From an uncultured Gammaproteobacteria bacterium (GTDB taxonomy: Bacteria; Pseudomonadota; Gammaproteobacteria; JAURND01), in contig CAWCOU010000006.1 in NCBI GenBank assembly GCA_963797335.1, positions 10,108 to 74,107 on the forward strand: 64,000 nucleotides of DNA, read 5' to 3'. The notes under the pieces are model-generated. The model made no database searches. It worked only from the letters and a program-made list of their open reading frames with translations, and had not been told where the DNA came from. The first letter of the stretch is position 1. Each line of letters opens with the position of its first letter. This document shows positions 38,379 to 49,265 of the stretch, piece after piece. A program made the translations under genes and the position numbers.

Positions 38379-38475
38379 AAAACTCCTTCTCCCCTTTGTG
38401 GGCATAGGCGTCAACCTAAGTAAAGCATCTTAATAAATATCCTTCTCCCACAAGGGGAGAAGGAATTTTCTTGCT
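38379..38475. repeat. Two copies of the CCTTCTCCC-N-GGGAGAAGG palindromic element flanking ~40 bp.
   Basis: ctccttctcccctttgtgggcataggcgtcaacctaagtaaagcatcttaataaatatccttctcccacaaggggagaagg. Confidence 0.6.
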
Positions 38476-38489
38476 TCCAGGAGGTGAAA

Positions 38490-39869
38490 TCAATGCATTG
38501 GGAAATTACTGGGGGGCATGCCTCCCATGCCGCCGCCCTGCATCTGGCGCATCATTTTGCCCATATTATTGCCTTTTAATTTCTTCATCATTTTTTGCAT
38601 TTGCTGGAATTGCTTCAATAAACGATTCACGTCTTGAACCTGGGTGCCGGAGCCCTGTGCGATGCGTCGTTTGCGGGAACCATTAATCAAATGAATATAA
38701 CGACGTTCCTTGCGGGTCATGGAACTAATAATCGCTTCCATTTGTTTGAAAACTCGGTCGTTTAAATTACTCTGCGCGGCTTGGGGAATTTGGCCCATGC
38801 CGGGGATTTTGCTCATGATGGAAGCAATGCCGCCCATACTACGCATTTGCTGTAACTGCATGCGGAAATCTTCCAGATCAAACTCTTTACCGCCTTTTTT
38901 AATTTTTTTCTCAATCTTCGCGGCTTGTTTCTTATCCAGCTTCTGTTGCGCTTCTTCCACTAAACTTAAGATATCGCCCATTCCCAAAATACGTGATGCC
39001 ATACGATCGGGGTGAAACACTTCAAACGCCTCGATCTTTTCGCCCACACCGACGAATTTAATGGGTTTACCCGTAATATAACGCAACGACAAAGCGGCAC
39101 CGCCGCGGGCATCGCCGTCCATTTTGGTCAGAATCACACCGGTCAAGGGTAAGGCATCGTTGAAGGCTTTGGCGGTGTTAGCGGCGTCTTGTCCGGTCAT
39201 GCTATCGACGACGAACAATGTTTCAATGGGGTTAGTGGCCTGATGAATCTGACGAATTTCCGTCATCATTTCGGCATCGATGTGCAAACGACCGGCGGTG
39301 TCGATCAACACGACATCAATCAATTGTTTTTTAGCGTGTTCAATCGCATTTTTAGCGATATTGACCGGTGCTTGACTGTTATCACTGGGGAAATAGTGAA
39401 CATCAATTTGTTCTGCTAATAACTTTAATTGCTCAATAGCCGCAGGCCGGTAGATGTCGGTGCTGGTGACCAAGACCGATTTTTGTTTTTTCAACTTTAA
39501 TAAATTGGCTAATTTAGCCGTGGTGGTGGTTTTACCCGAACCTTGCAGACCGGCCATTAGTATGACGGCAGGGCGTTGGGTCTGTAGATTAAGTTCTGAA
39601 TAAACAGAGCCTAAGAGATCCAGTAACGCATCGTGAACAATCTTAACTAAGGCTTCTCCCGGTTTCACGCTGCGCATCACTTCGGCACCCATGGACTCGG
39701 TACGTATTTTTTCTAGAAAATCTTGAATAACGGGTAAGGCGACATCGGCTTCTAACAGCGCAGAACGTACTTCTTGCAGTGTCTCTTTGATATTTTCTTC
39801 GGTAATACGGCCTTTTCCGGTGACACGTTGCAGTGTTTGGGTCAGTTTATCAGTTAATAAATCAAACAT
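38490..39869 (-). CDS. ffh: Signal recognition particle protein.
   Basis: GLQGSGKTTT and DTAGR GTPase motifs plus a Met-rich M domain. Confidence 0.9.
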   Translation of the reverse strand: MFDLLTDKLTQTLQRVTGKGRITEENIKETLQEVRSALLEADVALPVIQDFLEKIRTESMGAEVMRSVKPGEALVKIVHDALLDLLGSVYSELNLQTQRPAVILMAGLQGSGKTTTTAKLANLLKLKKQKSVLVTSTDIYRPAAIEQLKLLAEQIDVHYFPSDNSQAPVNIAKNAIEHAKKQLIDVVLIDTAGRLHIDAEMMTEIRQIHQATNPIETLFVVDSMTGQDAANTAKAFNDALPLTGVILTKMDGDARGGAALSLRYITGKPIKFVGVGEKIEAFEVFHPDRMASRILGMGDILSLVEEAQQKLDKKQAAKIEKKIKKGGKEFDLEDFRMQLQQMRSMGGIASIMSKIPGMGQIPQAAQSNLNDRVFKQMEAIISSMTRKERRYIHLINGSRKRRIAQGSGTQVQDVNRLLKQFQQMQKMMKKLKGNNMGKMMRQMQGGGMGGMPPSNFPMH

Positions 39870-39986
39870 AAGTTTCCGTTATAATGTCTATAGAAAGGAA
39901 AAACCACAGGATAGTTAGTCCCTGTGCGTGTATACTTCGGTAAAGCTACAGATTATAACCCGAACACTCGGAGTGGAGAAGACATT

Positions 39987-40781
39987 ACTATGCAGTTGTT
40001 CGTATTAAGTGCCTGCATCGGCCTCTATTTATGGGCATCCCTAGGACGTTACCAAACCCTGCTGGGTCAATTCCATTACCCGGCCTGGTTTTTACCGGTG
40101 TCCGGTTGTCTGGCTGTTATGGTCCATGGCTGGTTGCTTTACAGTTGGATTGATCTGGCCATAGGGCAAAACCTAACATTTTTCAATATGTTATCGTTTA
40201 TTCTTTGGTTGGTTAGTCTGTGGGTGTTATTGGCCATGATCAGAAAGCCCACGCATAATATATGCCTGCTCGTCTTTCCTTTGGCAGCCATTTCCGTGGT
40301 GTTGGTCGCCATTTTTCCAGGGCGAACTATTTTGCAGACGGCAACCAACCCTAGGCAATTAATCCACCTCTTATCGGCAGCTGCGGCATTCAGTGTGGTA
40401 TGTATGGCTGCCTTACAAGCCATATTACTGCGCATTCAGGAAGGTTTGCTGCGTCGTAATTATGCCAGTAAAATTCTTCAGCGTATGCCGCCCCTAGAAA
40501 CGATGGAGAAGTTATTATTCCAGCTGATTATTTTAGGTTTTTTGCTACTCACGGCGGTGTTAATCAGCAGTTTATGGTTATTTCGCGACTTTTTTGCGGT
40601 AGCGGTTCCTAATGTGGAAAAAATGGCGATTGCTTTTACTGTTTGGGCCATTTTCGCCGTATTACTGGTGGGGCGTTATTTATTTGGGTGGCGCGGAAGA
40701 AAAGTAGTTTATTATACGTTTAGTGGGTTTTTGATGCTGATGGTTTTGTATTTCGGCAGTCAATTTTATTTTCATATTTAA
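39987..40781 (+). CDS. ypjD: YpjD/CcsA-like cytochrome c assembly family inner-membrane protein.
   Basis: 8 TM segments. Divergent from ffh, as in E. coli. ATG after GGAG. The track ORF start at 39924 is an upstream in-frame ATG. Confidence 0.55.
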   Translation, partial: TMQLFVLSACIGLYLWASLGRYQTLLGQFHYPAWFLPVSGCLAVMVHGWLLYSWIDLAIGQNLTFFNMLSFILWLVSLWVLLAMIRKPTHNICLLVFPLAAISVVLVAIFPGRTILQTATNPRQLIHLLSAAAAFSVVCMAALQAILLRIQEGLLRRNYASKILQRMPPLETMEKLLFQLIILGFLLLTAVLISSLWLFRDFFAVAVPNVEKMAIAFTVWAIFAVLLVGRYLFGWRGRKVVYYTFSGFLMLMVLYFGSQFYFHI

Positions 40782-40795
40782 ACACTATCAAACGA

Positions 40796-42061
40796 ATGGA
40801 TATTTTTAACTCACTACACGGCTTACTGATCTTATTATTTGTACTGGTGGTCGCCTCCGGTTTTTTTTCTGGCACGGAAACCGCCATGATGGCGCTGAAT
40901 CGCTATCGGTTGCGTCACCTCACTCGCCAGGGTAATAAAGCCGCTCAGCGAGTCAGTCGATTACTAGAGCACCCGGATCGCTTATTAGGCGTTATCTTGA
41001 TCGGTAATACCTTTTCGAATATGTTGGTTTCAGCAGTCACCACCGTCATTGCGATTCGATTGCTGGGGCCTTTGGGTGTATTTCCTGCCACGCTGTTCAT
41101 TGCCTTGATTGTGTTGATTTTTGCGGAAATCACCCCAAAAACGGTGGCGGTATTAAACCCCGATCGGTTTGCTTACCCAGCTTCTTGGTTGCTGAGTGTA
41201 CTATTAAAATTAGTTTATCCTTTAGTTTTTTGCGCAAATATCTTATCCAATGGATTTTTGCGATTGTTTAAAATCAAAATAAAACTGCGTGAACTCGAAG
41301 ATTTAACCGGGGAAGAAGTGCGTACCTTAGTATTTGAAGCCACTGGCCAGCTTTCCAAAGGCTATAAGCGCATGATGCTGGGGGTCTTGGATTTAGGTGG
41401 CATGACGGTCGATGATATTCAAGTGCCTAGAAATGATATCGTCGGTATTGATGCCAATGATTCGTGGCCAGAAATTTTAGCGCAATTGGCACACAGTGAA
41501 CATACGCGATTGCCAGTCTACTCGGAAAGCATCGATCAGGTGCAAGGCATGTTGCACTTGCGCAAAGCGTTGAATTTGGCCGGTCAAGGCCAGTTGGATA
41601 AAATGAGTTTGTTGAGTTTGCTGGAGGAAGTTTATTTTATTCCACAAGGAACTCCGCTCAATATTCAACTACTCAATTTTAAACGCGAGAAACATCGCAT
41701 TGGGTTGGTTGTCGATGAGTACGGCGATATTTTGGGTTTGGTGACCTTAGACGATATACTAGAGGAAATTGTCGGTGAATTTACCACCAATATGTCCAGT
41801 TCGTATAAAAGTATTCAACGCCAACGCGATGGCAGTTATTTGGTGAATGGCAGTATCAGCATTCGTGAATTAAATCGGGAATTACACTGGCAATTGCCAA
41901 CGGATGGCCCAAAAACCTTAAGTGGCTTAATTATCGAGTACCTAGAAATCATACCGACAGCAGTGGTGGGGCTGCGTTTAAACGGTTATGCCGTCGAAGT
42001 TGTACAGACGGAAGAAAATACCATTAAACTGGTGCGGATATGGCCAAAGCAATCCAAATAA
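40796..42061 (+). CDS. yfjD: DUF21-CBS-CorC (CNNM/HlyC-CorC family) membrane protein.
   Basis: FFSGTETA DUF21 motif, CBS pair and CorC C-terminal domain. Confidence 0.7.
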   Translation: MDIFNSLHGLLILLFVLVVASGFFSGTETAMMALNRYRLRHLTRQGNKAAQRVSRLLEHPDRLLGVILIGNTFSNMLVSAVTTVIAIRLLGPLGVFPATLFIALIVLIFAEITPKTVAVLNPDRFAYPASWLLSVLLKLVYPLVFCANILSNGFLRLFKIKIKLRELEDLTGEEVRTLVFEATGQLSKGYKRMMLGVLDLGGMTVDDIQVPRNDIVGIDANDSWPEILAQLAHSEHTRLPVYSESIDQVQGMLHLRKALNLAGQGQLDKMSLLSLLEEVYFIPQGTPLNIQLLNFKREKHRIGLVVDEYGDILGLVTLDDILEEIVGEFTTNMSSSYKSIQRQRDGSYLVNGSISIRELNRELHWQLPTDGPKTLSGLIIEYLEIIPTAVVGLRLNGYAVEVVQTEENTIKLVRIWPKQSK

Positions 42062-42148
42062 TCTGGTGAGCTCAGGCACCCCATATCTTTGGCACAAACG
42101 TTTCCATCCTGGGGCTGAGCTGTTACATAATCTGAAAGGAAAATAGGA

Positions 42149-42706
42149 ATGGCAATGACGGATAGTTTTAGTAAGCATCCTGAGTATTTACCGAATTCGC
42201 GGGCATTTACGCTCATTGAGTTATTAGTCGTGTTATTAGTCATCGCCATACTCTTAGCGTTAGCCGTACCGGTGAGTCAGGAATTTATTGTAGAAAACCG
42301 CAGCATTCGGGAGACCAATGTCTTTATTACCGGTCTTTATAACGCCAGAAGCAGTGCCATTCAATTAGGAGATAAAGTAGTTTTCTGCAAAAGTTCCGAT
42401 CATAAAAGTTGTGGTGGCGACAGTTGGGATCAGGGGCAGATTATTATGGATGAAAATAAACATCAAGTATTGAAAGTGCTGCCCGCTTTGGATAAACACG
42501 AGCATTTAATTTGGAATAGTAGCGCTGGCAAAGACGATAAAGTAGAATGGTTAGCCTCTGGTTACACGAATGGCCAACGAGGCACGTTTTATTATTGTGC
42601 TGATCGCGCTTATGCTTCTTATTCTAGGGAAATTGTTTTACTGGATACTGGCCGTCTTTATGTGACGTTGATGAGTGCAGCCGATTACACTAAATTTTGT
42701 CCATAG
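42149..42706 (+). CDS. Type IV pilin-like protein (FimT/GspH-like minor pilin).
   Basis: Prepilin cleavage/methylation motif RAFTLIELLVVLLVIAI. Confidence 0.65.
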   Translation: MAMTDSFSKHPEYLPNSRAFTLIELLVVLLVIAILLALAVPVSQEFIVENRSIRETNVFITGLYNARSSAIQLGDKVVFCKSSDHKSCGGDSWDQGQIIMDENKHQVLKVLPALDKHEHLIWNSSAGKDDKVEWLASGYTNGQRGTFYYCADRAYASYSREIVLLDTGRLYVTLMSAADYTKFCP

Positions 42707-42716
42707 GAAACTTGCC

Positions 42717-43067
42717 ATGAAGCAATTTACCCTGATTTTTCTGCTGAGCCTGTGTGCATTTCTAGGCACCGCTTTTGCATTTACCACCCCACCGGTCAAG
42801 CCTTACCAGCATGCCAAAGATTTTAGTTGGGTAAGTGGCCAATTGCATTACGAGGGGGTGGAAGGCGAAACCTGGGTCGTTATCTACGAGGCCGAAAATC
42901 AGAGTAAGCTATTGTTAGTCAAGGAAAATGGTGAATTATTCCAGCCACCCGCCGGGTTAAAAGACGGCGATATGGTTAAGGTTTTTGGGGCAATCAAGCC
43001 CGTTGAGGTCTCGATTACGATGATGGGCCAGCAGTACATAGTCAAGAGTATTAAATCGATAAAGTAA
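42717..43067 (+). CDS. Hypothetical secreted protein (116 aa).
   Basis: Signal peptide MKQFTLIFLLSLCAFLGTAFA. Confidence 0.5.
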   Translation: MKQFTLIFLLSLCAFLGTAFAFTTPPVKPYQHAKDFSWVSGQLHYEGVEGETWVVIYEAENQSKLLLVKENGELFQPPAGLKDGDMVKVFGAIKPVEVSITMMGQQYIVKSIKSIK

Positions 43068-43080
43068 GGTAGTTTAAATC

Positions 43081-44124
43081 ATGTTGCGAAAAAGAACATT
43101 GCTCTGGGGTGCTTTAGCAGTCGTGATTATTATCGCCTTGCTCATCTATCATCATCACAACAGCGCTAATCAAAAGCCCCAACAACCCCCGGTCACTATC
43201 AGCACGGCGATCGCCAAATCGCAAACATGGGTAGATCAATTGACAGCCGTCGGTACGATTAAAGCTTACCATGGGGTTGCGCTCAGCCCGGCGGAGAGTG
43301 GGGTGGTCAGCGCCATTCATTACCAATCAGGCCAAGAAGTACAGGCCGGGCAATTATTAGTCGAACTTTCCGCCGATGATTTAAACGCTAATCTGGCCAA
43401 TGACCAAGCTGCCTTGGAGTTAGCACGTGCCAATTATGAACGGTACGTAAAATTGCTTGGTGATCATTATGTTTCTCAGGCTGATATGGATACCATGCGG
43501 GCCAAACTTCGCCAAGCAGAAGCCGCGGTGCAAAAAAGTGCGGCTATTTTGGCACAACATCAGGTAAAAGCGCCTTTTGCGGGTCGATTGGGGATTAATC
43601 AAATCGATGTCGGTCAATTTATTTCCCCCGGCCAAACCGTAGTCACCGTTGAAACACTCGCGCCCTTATACATCGATTTTCGTTTACCCGAACGTTATGT
43701 GAGCCGCGTACAAGTAGGGCAGAATTTAAAACTGGCAAGCACCGCTTTTCCCAATAAAACCTGGGAGGCGAAAATCATCGCCATCAGCCCCGAAGTAGAC
43801 GTCAATAATCGTAACCTTTCCCTGCGGGCGCAAACCGAAAACAGCGATCGATTACTATTACCCGGTATGTTCGTCAATGTGCTCTTGCCATTACCGCAAA
43901 ATCAGGCCACGGTGGTGGTGCCGCAGACCGCCTTGCAATATACACCGGATGGCGCTGCGGTGTATGTCATTAAAAAATCCATGGCGCATTTAACGCCGGT
44001 TAAGTTTGATGCCTGGCAGAATAATATGGCCAGCATTCATTCCGGTTTAAAAGCAGGCGATGAAGTCGCGATCGCCGGCTTAAATAAATTGCATGACGGC
44101 GCCCCCGTGATTTCCACGCATTAA
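43081..44124 (+). CDS. RND efflux periplasmic adaptor (membrane fusion protein).
   Basis: N-terminal TM segment, coiled-coil hairpin and lipoyl/beta-barrel motifs. Confidence 0.8.
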   Translation: MLRKRTLLWGALAVVIIIALLIYHHHNSANQKPQQPPVTISTAIAKSQTWVDQLTAVGTIKAYHGVALSPAESGVVSAIHYQSGQEVQAGQLLVELSADDLNANLANDQAALELARANYERYVKLLGDHYVSQADMDTMRAKLRQAEAAVQKSAAILAQHQVKAPFAGRLGINQIDVGQFISPGQTVVTVETLAPLYIDFRLPERYVSRVQVGQNLKLASTAFPNKTWEAKIIAISPEVDVNNRNLSLRAQTENSDRLLLPGMFVNVLLPLPQNQATVVVPQTALQYTPDGAAVYVIKKSMAHLTPVKFDAWQNNMASIHSGLKAGDEVAIAGLNKLHDGAPVISTH

Positions 44125-44142
44125 AATTTTTATTCTATTTTT

Positions 44143-47100
44143 ATGGTAAACATAACCGATTATTTCATCCGACGCCCGGTCGCGGCCTCTGCACTTAGCT
44201 TATTTATCTTGCTAATAGGACTATTCGCTTTAGGGAAACTGCCGTTACGCTTATACCCTAAAGTCGAAGAGCCTTTAATCACTATTACCACTACCTACGG
44301 CGGAGCCAGCGCTGAGGTGATGAAAAATTTCGTCACCACCACGTTGCAAAATGCCATTGTCGGCGTGGACGGTGTCAATTACATCACCGCTAATAGCACG
44401 CAGGGTACTAGCACTATCAGTGTTTATTTGCAGTTAGGCACTAACATCGACACGGCATTAAGCGCCATCCAAAGCAAAATCGACAGTGTTCGTGGTAATT
44501 TACCAGCCGAGGTCGATAACCCCTCGATCAGCAAAGCCAATGCCGATGATAGGCCATCCTTGGTCATTGCCGTGACCAGTCAGCAATGGTCGTCTGGTAA
44601 ATTAGGAGACTATTTAATACGGGTACTCAAACCTCAGCTCGAGACCATCGATGGTGTCAGCAAAGCCCAAGTGTGGGGTGACACTTATGCCATGCGCATT
44701 TGGCTGAATCCGGATTCGATGACGGCCATGCAGGTGACAGCCAATGACGTGGCTGATGCAGTAAAACAGCAAAATACCCAGGCGGCTGCCGGTAATACCC
44801 AAGGTAAGTACGTGAACTACGATATTCAGGCCAATACTGATTTAACTACGGCCGATGAGTTCAACAATATTGCTGTGAAACAAGTCGGTGATGCCACCAT
44901 CCATATCAAAGACATAGGTCAGGCCGAGCTGGGCTCGCAATCCGATACAATTAGCGCGTTTGTCAAAGGCAAACCCGCTGCCATGATGGGCGTGTATTTA
45001 ATGCCGGATGCCAACCCTTTGCGGACCTTGCAGCAAGTACGTCAACTGATGCCGAAATTGCAGAAACAATTGCCGGCTGATCTGCACGCCGAAGTGGTCT
45101 ACGACACCAGTGTGCCGATAGAGGATTCCTTGCATGAAGTCATTAAATCCTTGAGCTACTCGGTGCTCATTGTCATTGCGGTGATTTTTGTATTCATGCG
45201 GCAATGGCGAGTGGTGCTTATTCCCGTGATCGCCATGCCGTTGTCCTTAATCGGAGTTGCTTTTGTCATGCACCTTGCCGGTTGCTCATTAAATAGTTTG
45301 ACCTTATTGGCTATGGTATTGGCGATAGGCTTGGTGGTGGATGATGCCATTGTCGTGATGGAAAATATCAGCCGTCATATCGAAGCAGGTCAGCCACCTT
45401 TTCAAGCCGCGTTAAGCGGGGCCCGCGAAATTGCGCCGCCAGTCATTGCCATGACCATCACGCTGGCAGCGGTTTATGCGCCCATTTGTTTTATGGGTGG
45501 GCTCACGGGTTTTTTATTTTCTGAATTTGCGTATACGCTGGCTGGCACGGTGATTATTTCCGGAATAATCGCCTTGACCTTATCGCCGATGATGTGTGCC
45601 CGGATATTAAAAAATGCGCACCCAGAGGGTAATAGTCATGAGGGTTTATTCACTCGAATTAGCCATCATTACGAACGATTACTAGGTCAAGTGCTGCAAC
45701 GGAAAAAAATAGTGCTGAGTATTTGGGCATTGGCTTTCGTGGCTTGTTTTTATTTGTATCACAGTATTGCCAGTGAGTTGGCGCCGCAAGATGATCCCGG
45801 ATTTTTACAAGTCATCAGTAATGCGCCTACTTACACTAATAGCGAATTCCTTCGCCAATACACGCAGCGTTTGACGCCGATTTACCAAAGTTTTAATAAT
45901 GTTACCAATTCTATTTACATCAACGGTATTCCCAGTGAATCGCAAGCGATTTCTTTTTTATTGCTAAAGCCATGGGCAGAGCGCAGTGAAAAAATTGCGA
46001 TGACGCAGTTAGCGTTGCAACAAAAATTGGCCGCGATTCCTGGCTTGCAAAATATGGTATTGGTTCCTTCGAATTTGCCGGCGACGAGTTCCATGCCCTT
46101 GGGTTTTGTCATTAAATCCTTAGGCAGTTACCGTGATTTGTATCAAGCATCTCAACAGTTACAACAAGCAGCGCAGGGCAGTGGTTTATTTTTATTCGTG
46201 GATAGCGATTTGCATTACGAAAAGCCTCAGCTCAATATGCATATCGATAGGCAGCGGGCAGCGGATTTAGGTATTAAAGTGAGTGACCTGGCCGATAGCT
46301 TATCGTATTTATTCAGCGGCAATCGATTACAACAATTCAGTTGGCAAGGTCAAACATATGATGTCATTCTGCAAGCGCCAGAAAATTATCGCACCGATGC
46401 GGATATTTTAAATAAAGTCAATGTTCGCAATCAACGGGGCGATTTACTGCCATTATCCAGCGTGCTGCAATTATCTAATAGCATTGAACCTTCAGGCCTT
46501 AATCAATTCCAAAAATTCAATTCCGTCACCTTAAGCGGTATGTTAATGCCGGGGCATACTTTGTCAGAAGCCCTGCATTTTTTACAAACGACGGCGCAGC
46601 GAGTATTGCCTCCAGGGTTTTCAACGGATTATGCAGGTGAATCTCGGCAATTTCTGGCGGAACAGTTTCGGATGTTATGGGCATTTGCCTTAGCGATTGT
46701 GGTTATTTTCTTAGTATTGGCCATGCAGTTTGAAAGCTACCGCGACCCATTGATTATTCTATTGGGCAGCGTGCCGATGGCGTTTTTCGCTGGATTACTG
46801 TTGCTGAAATGCGGACTGGGCACATTGAATATTTATACGCAAATTGGCTTGTTAACGTTGATTGGTTTAATTAGCAAGCACGGTATTTTAATGACGCGAT
46901 TTGCCAATGAATTATGCCATCAACAATTGTTAACCAAACAACAAGCGATTTGTAAAGCAGCGGTGTTACGATTACGACCCATATTAATGACCACCTTAGC
47001 CATGGTATTTGGTGCCGTGCCGTTGTTGTTAGCGCAAGGAGCAGGCGCCAACAGCCGCTTCGCCTTAGGTATTGTCATCACCTCCGGTTTATCCATTGGC

Positions 47101-47229
47101 ACGGTATTCACTTTATTCGTGGTGCCGGTCATTTATATCGTCTTTGCGAAAATAAAAATGCCAGATGATCCTAGCAAGGATGTGGTAAGAGCAGAAAAAA
47201 CAGAAACGATGACTGCTCGTTTAGATTAA
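44143..47229 (+). CDS. RND efflux permease (AcrB/MdtB family).
   Basis: 1028 aa with 12 TM segments and large periplasmic loops. Conserved motifs present. Confidence 0.85.
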   Translation: MVNITDYFIRRPVAASALSLFILLIGLFALGKLPLRLYPKVEEPLITITTTYGGASAEVMKNFVTTTLQNAIVGVDGVNYITANSTQGTSTISVYLQLGTNIDTALSAIQSKIDSVRGNLPAEVDNPSISKANADDRPSLVIAVTSQQWSSGKLGDYLIRVLKPQLETIDGVSKAQVWGDTYAMRIWLNPDSMTAMQVTANDVADAVKQQNTQAAAGNTQGKYVNYDIQANTDLTTADEFNNIAVKQVGDATIHIKDIGQAELGSQSDTISAFVKGKPAAMMGVYLMPDANPLRTLQQVRQLMPKLQKQLPADLHAEVVYDTSVPIEDSLHEVIKSLSYSVLIVIAVIFVFMRQWRVVLIPVIAMPLSLIGVAFVMHLAGCSLNSLTLLAMVLAIGLVVDDAIVVMENISRHIEAGQPPFQAALSGAREIAPPVIAMTITLAAVYAPICFMGGLTGFLFSEFAYTLAGTVIISGIIALTLSPMMCARILKNAHPEGNSHEGLFTRISHHYERLLGQVLQRKKIVLSIWALAFVACFYLYHSIASELAPQDDPGFLQVISNAPTYTNSEFLRQYTQRLTPIYQSFNNVTNSIYINGIPSESQAISFLLLKPWAERSEKIAMTQLALQQKLAAIPGLQNMVLVPSNLPATSSMPLGFVIKSLGSYRDLYQASQQLQQAAQGSGLFLFVDSDLHYEKPQLNMHIDRQRAADLGIKVSDLADSLSYLFSGNRLQQFSWQGQTYDVILQAPENYRTDADILNKVNVRNQRGDLLPLSSVLQLSNSIEPSGLNQFQKFNSVTLSGMLMPGHTLSEALHFLQTTAQRVLPPGFSTDYAGESRQFLAEQFRMLWAFALAIVVIFLVLAMQFESYRDPLIILLGSVPMAFFAGLLLLKCGLGTLNIYTQIGLLTLIGLISKHGILMTRFANELCHQQLLTKQQAICKAAVLRLRPILMTTLAMVFGAVPLLLAQGAGANSRFALGIVITSGLSIGTVFTLFVVPVIYIVFAKIKMPDDPSKDVVRAEKTETMTARLD

Positions 47230-49265
47230 TGCCCAACCATTAACGATTGTGGTTCAATAGCCGTTGGTTTCGGTAATTGTTTGCTATTCTTCCAATGGTC
47301 CATTTCTTCTTGAAGTTCATTGTTTAAAGACTTCTTGAGAAGTACGGCACCTATAATCATCAAAATAGCAGTGACAGCAGCCGCTATAATCATCGCTTCT
47401 AAATTGCCTTGCTGAGCGAAGTGGGCTGTCACTAAGCCACCTATGATAGCGCCGCCCGGTAACAACAAAGAACCAGCTTTTTGTAGATTCTTTTTTGGTT
47501 TACCAGGAGTAAAGAATCCATAATGTGGTGGTGATTTTTTTGTTATTATTTTGGGTACTTCTTTAACTTCAACTTCATTGGCTGGTTGAGTTACTGCGAA
47601 TGACGAACTTCTTGGAAATAGCTCAGGCTTAATTTGAGTTGGGCTCTGAGGTTCAACTATTGGCCGCACTTGAGTTGGACTTTGAAGCACAGTTGGACTC
47701 ATGGGAGTTCCAGCTGTCGGGATTTGCACCGTAGTTGGGCTTTGAAGCTCCCCTACAAGTTGGTCTTGTTCTGGAATTCTCTGGCCCTTTCTAATATGTA
47801 TCGTTAAAGGACGCTTAGGATGGTTTTTTGTCGGAGCACTTGTTGAATTTTGCTTACCAATACCTTCATTTTCTATGCTTGGAGCAGCAGCTTCAGTAGG
47901 CTTAGAAATAGAATGTATATTGACTACTTGCGTAGGTATAAATTTGCTCTCACTCTGTGCAGATGGAGCATAATGTATTGTTACTCCTCGCGACCTTGCT
48001 GGCTCATCGGGAGTTAGAGTTGATCTTTCTGTTGGATGTATCTTTAAAGGAGTTTCGGTTGAATCCGAATGCTCTACACCAGAAACCGAATGCACCACAT
48101 CCGAATGTATAACTGTAGATTGACCATCCAGACTTATTCCCTGGGCCGCTAAATCTCGATTTATTTTATCTTGATATGGAGTTGTGTAATTTTGAGGACC
48201 ACTTTTTTTATCTTCTAAGTCAGGGGGTGAAGATGAGTGCTTGGCTAAGATTTGTTCCTCAGTCTCTACACGTAATTTCAAATAATCTAGATAAGCTTGT
48301 GCTGCAGTTTGTTTTGTTTGCTTTTCACGCAATATTTCGGGTTCAGGTTGTGGATCTTCTAAAGTAAATCCGCCACCTATTTTATTACTTTCCGATTCCT
48401 TCTCCACGGCAGGTATCAGTCTTTTTTTAACAATATCAATATTCTGTGCTAAATGTGCACGTGTTTTTGGATTCAACTCATATTCCAATAAACTTTTGAC
48501 ATCAGCCAAAATATCTTTGGCTCTATCACTACCTACTCCTGATTCAATCGCATGCGCTGCGGCATCTAACAATTTTTTATGCTTTGCAAATTTATCTTGA
48601 GTACCTTGAACTCGTATAAAAATACCTATCGATTTGCACAACTCATTTTCCATTTCTTGCCGTAAATTGGTCATTTGTTGCTGTTGGTCTTTTTCGCGTT
48701 GAACAATGATTTTAGCTCTGGCGATACCACCCACCACAAAAGCGGCGGAAATACCGCCGGTGATGAGCGCGGCGGGACCAGCAGGTATTCCAACTAAAAA
48801 TCCTTTGACACAAGCAACCACGGCTTCCGAAATTTTCCCATTTATTCCATCGGCACTGCCGTCTCTGACACCTTGTAAATCGCTGCAAGTTTTAAGATAA
48901 TTTTCTAATGATTTATTAAGATCACTATTCTTATCCTGCAATTTCTTGAACATCTGATCGAAGACCGCCCCTAGATTGCTCATTATTTCTGGAGCATCAT
49001 CGGCGGTTACTCTCATTTCCTTTAATTCATGCTGGATAGTGCGTTCAGTTAGCGCAACTTTACTGGATACCTGATCGGATTTGCGTTTTTCATCAGAATA
49101 TTTGGCGACAGCGTCTTCGTAGGGACACTCGGAAGCGATCAATCCTAGAATTTTTTCTAACCTTCCATCTCCAGTTCGAACATCCGCTCCAAGCATTAAT
49201 GTTTCCATAAGTACTTTTTGCAGTGCAGATTTTGTCTGCGTCACCAATTCACTCGTCATTTGCAT
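47226..49265 (-). CDS. Hypothetical 679-aa protein. Coiled-coil N-terminal half, Pro-rich QSPTxV repeats, a C-terminal Gly-rich TM hairpin and an acidic tail.
   Basis: Long ORF with a 270-bp AT-rich upstream region. C-terminus reads LLLPGGAIIGGLVTAHF...IIAAAVTAILMIIGAVLL then ELQEEMD. Confidence 0.65.
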   Translation of the reverse strand: MQMTSELVTQTKSALQKVLMETLMLGADVRTGDGRLEKILGLIASECPYEDAVAKYSDEKRKSDQVSSKVALTERTIQHELKEMRVTADDAPEIMSNLGAVFDQMFKKLQDKNSDLNKSLENYLKTCSDLQGVRDGSADGINGKISEAVVACVKGFLVGIPAGPAALITGGISAAFVVGGIARAKIIVQREKDQQQQMTNLRQEMENELCKSIGIFIRVQGTQDKFAKHKKLLDAAAHAIESGVGSDRAKDILADVKSLLEYELNPKTRAHLAQNIDIVKKRLIPAVEKESESNKIGGGFTLEDPQPEPEILREKQTKQTAAQAYLDYLKLRVETEEQILAKHSSSPPDLEDKKSGPQNYTTPYQDKINRDLAAQGISLDGQSTVIHSDVVHSVSGVEHSDSTETPLKIHPTERSTLTPDEPARSRGVTIHYAPSAQSESKFIPTQVVNIHSISKPTEAAAPSIENEGIGKQNSTSAPTKNHPKRPLTIHIRKGQRIPEQDQLVGELQSPTTVQIPTAGTPMSPTVLQSPTQVRPIVEPQSPTQIKPELFPRSSSFAVTQPANEVEVKEVPKIITKKSPPHYGFFTPGKPKKNLQKAGSLLLPGGAIIGGLVTAHFAQQGNLEAMIIAAAVTAILMIIGAVLLKKSLNNELQEEMDHWKNSKQLPKPTAIEPQSLMVGH

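Noticed and set aside
38471-39419. Plus-strand ORFs opposite ffh
   Set aside because: Antisense to a highly conserved gene.
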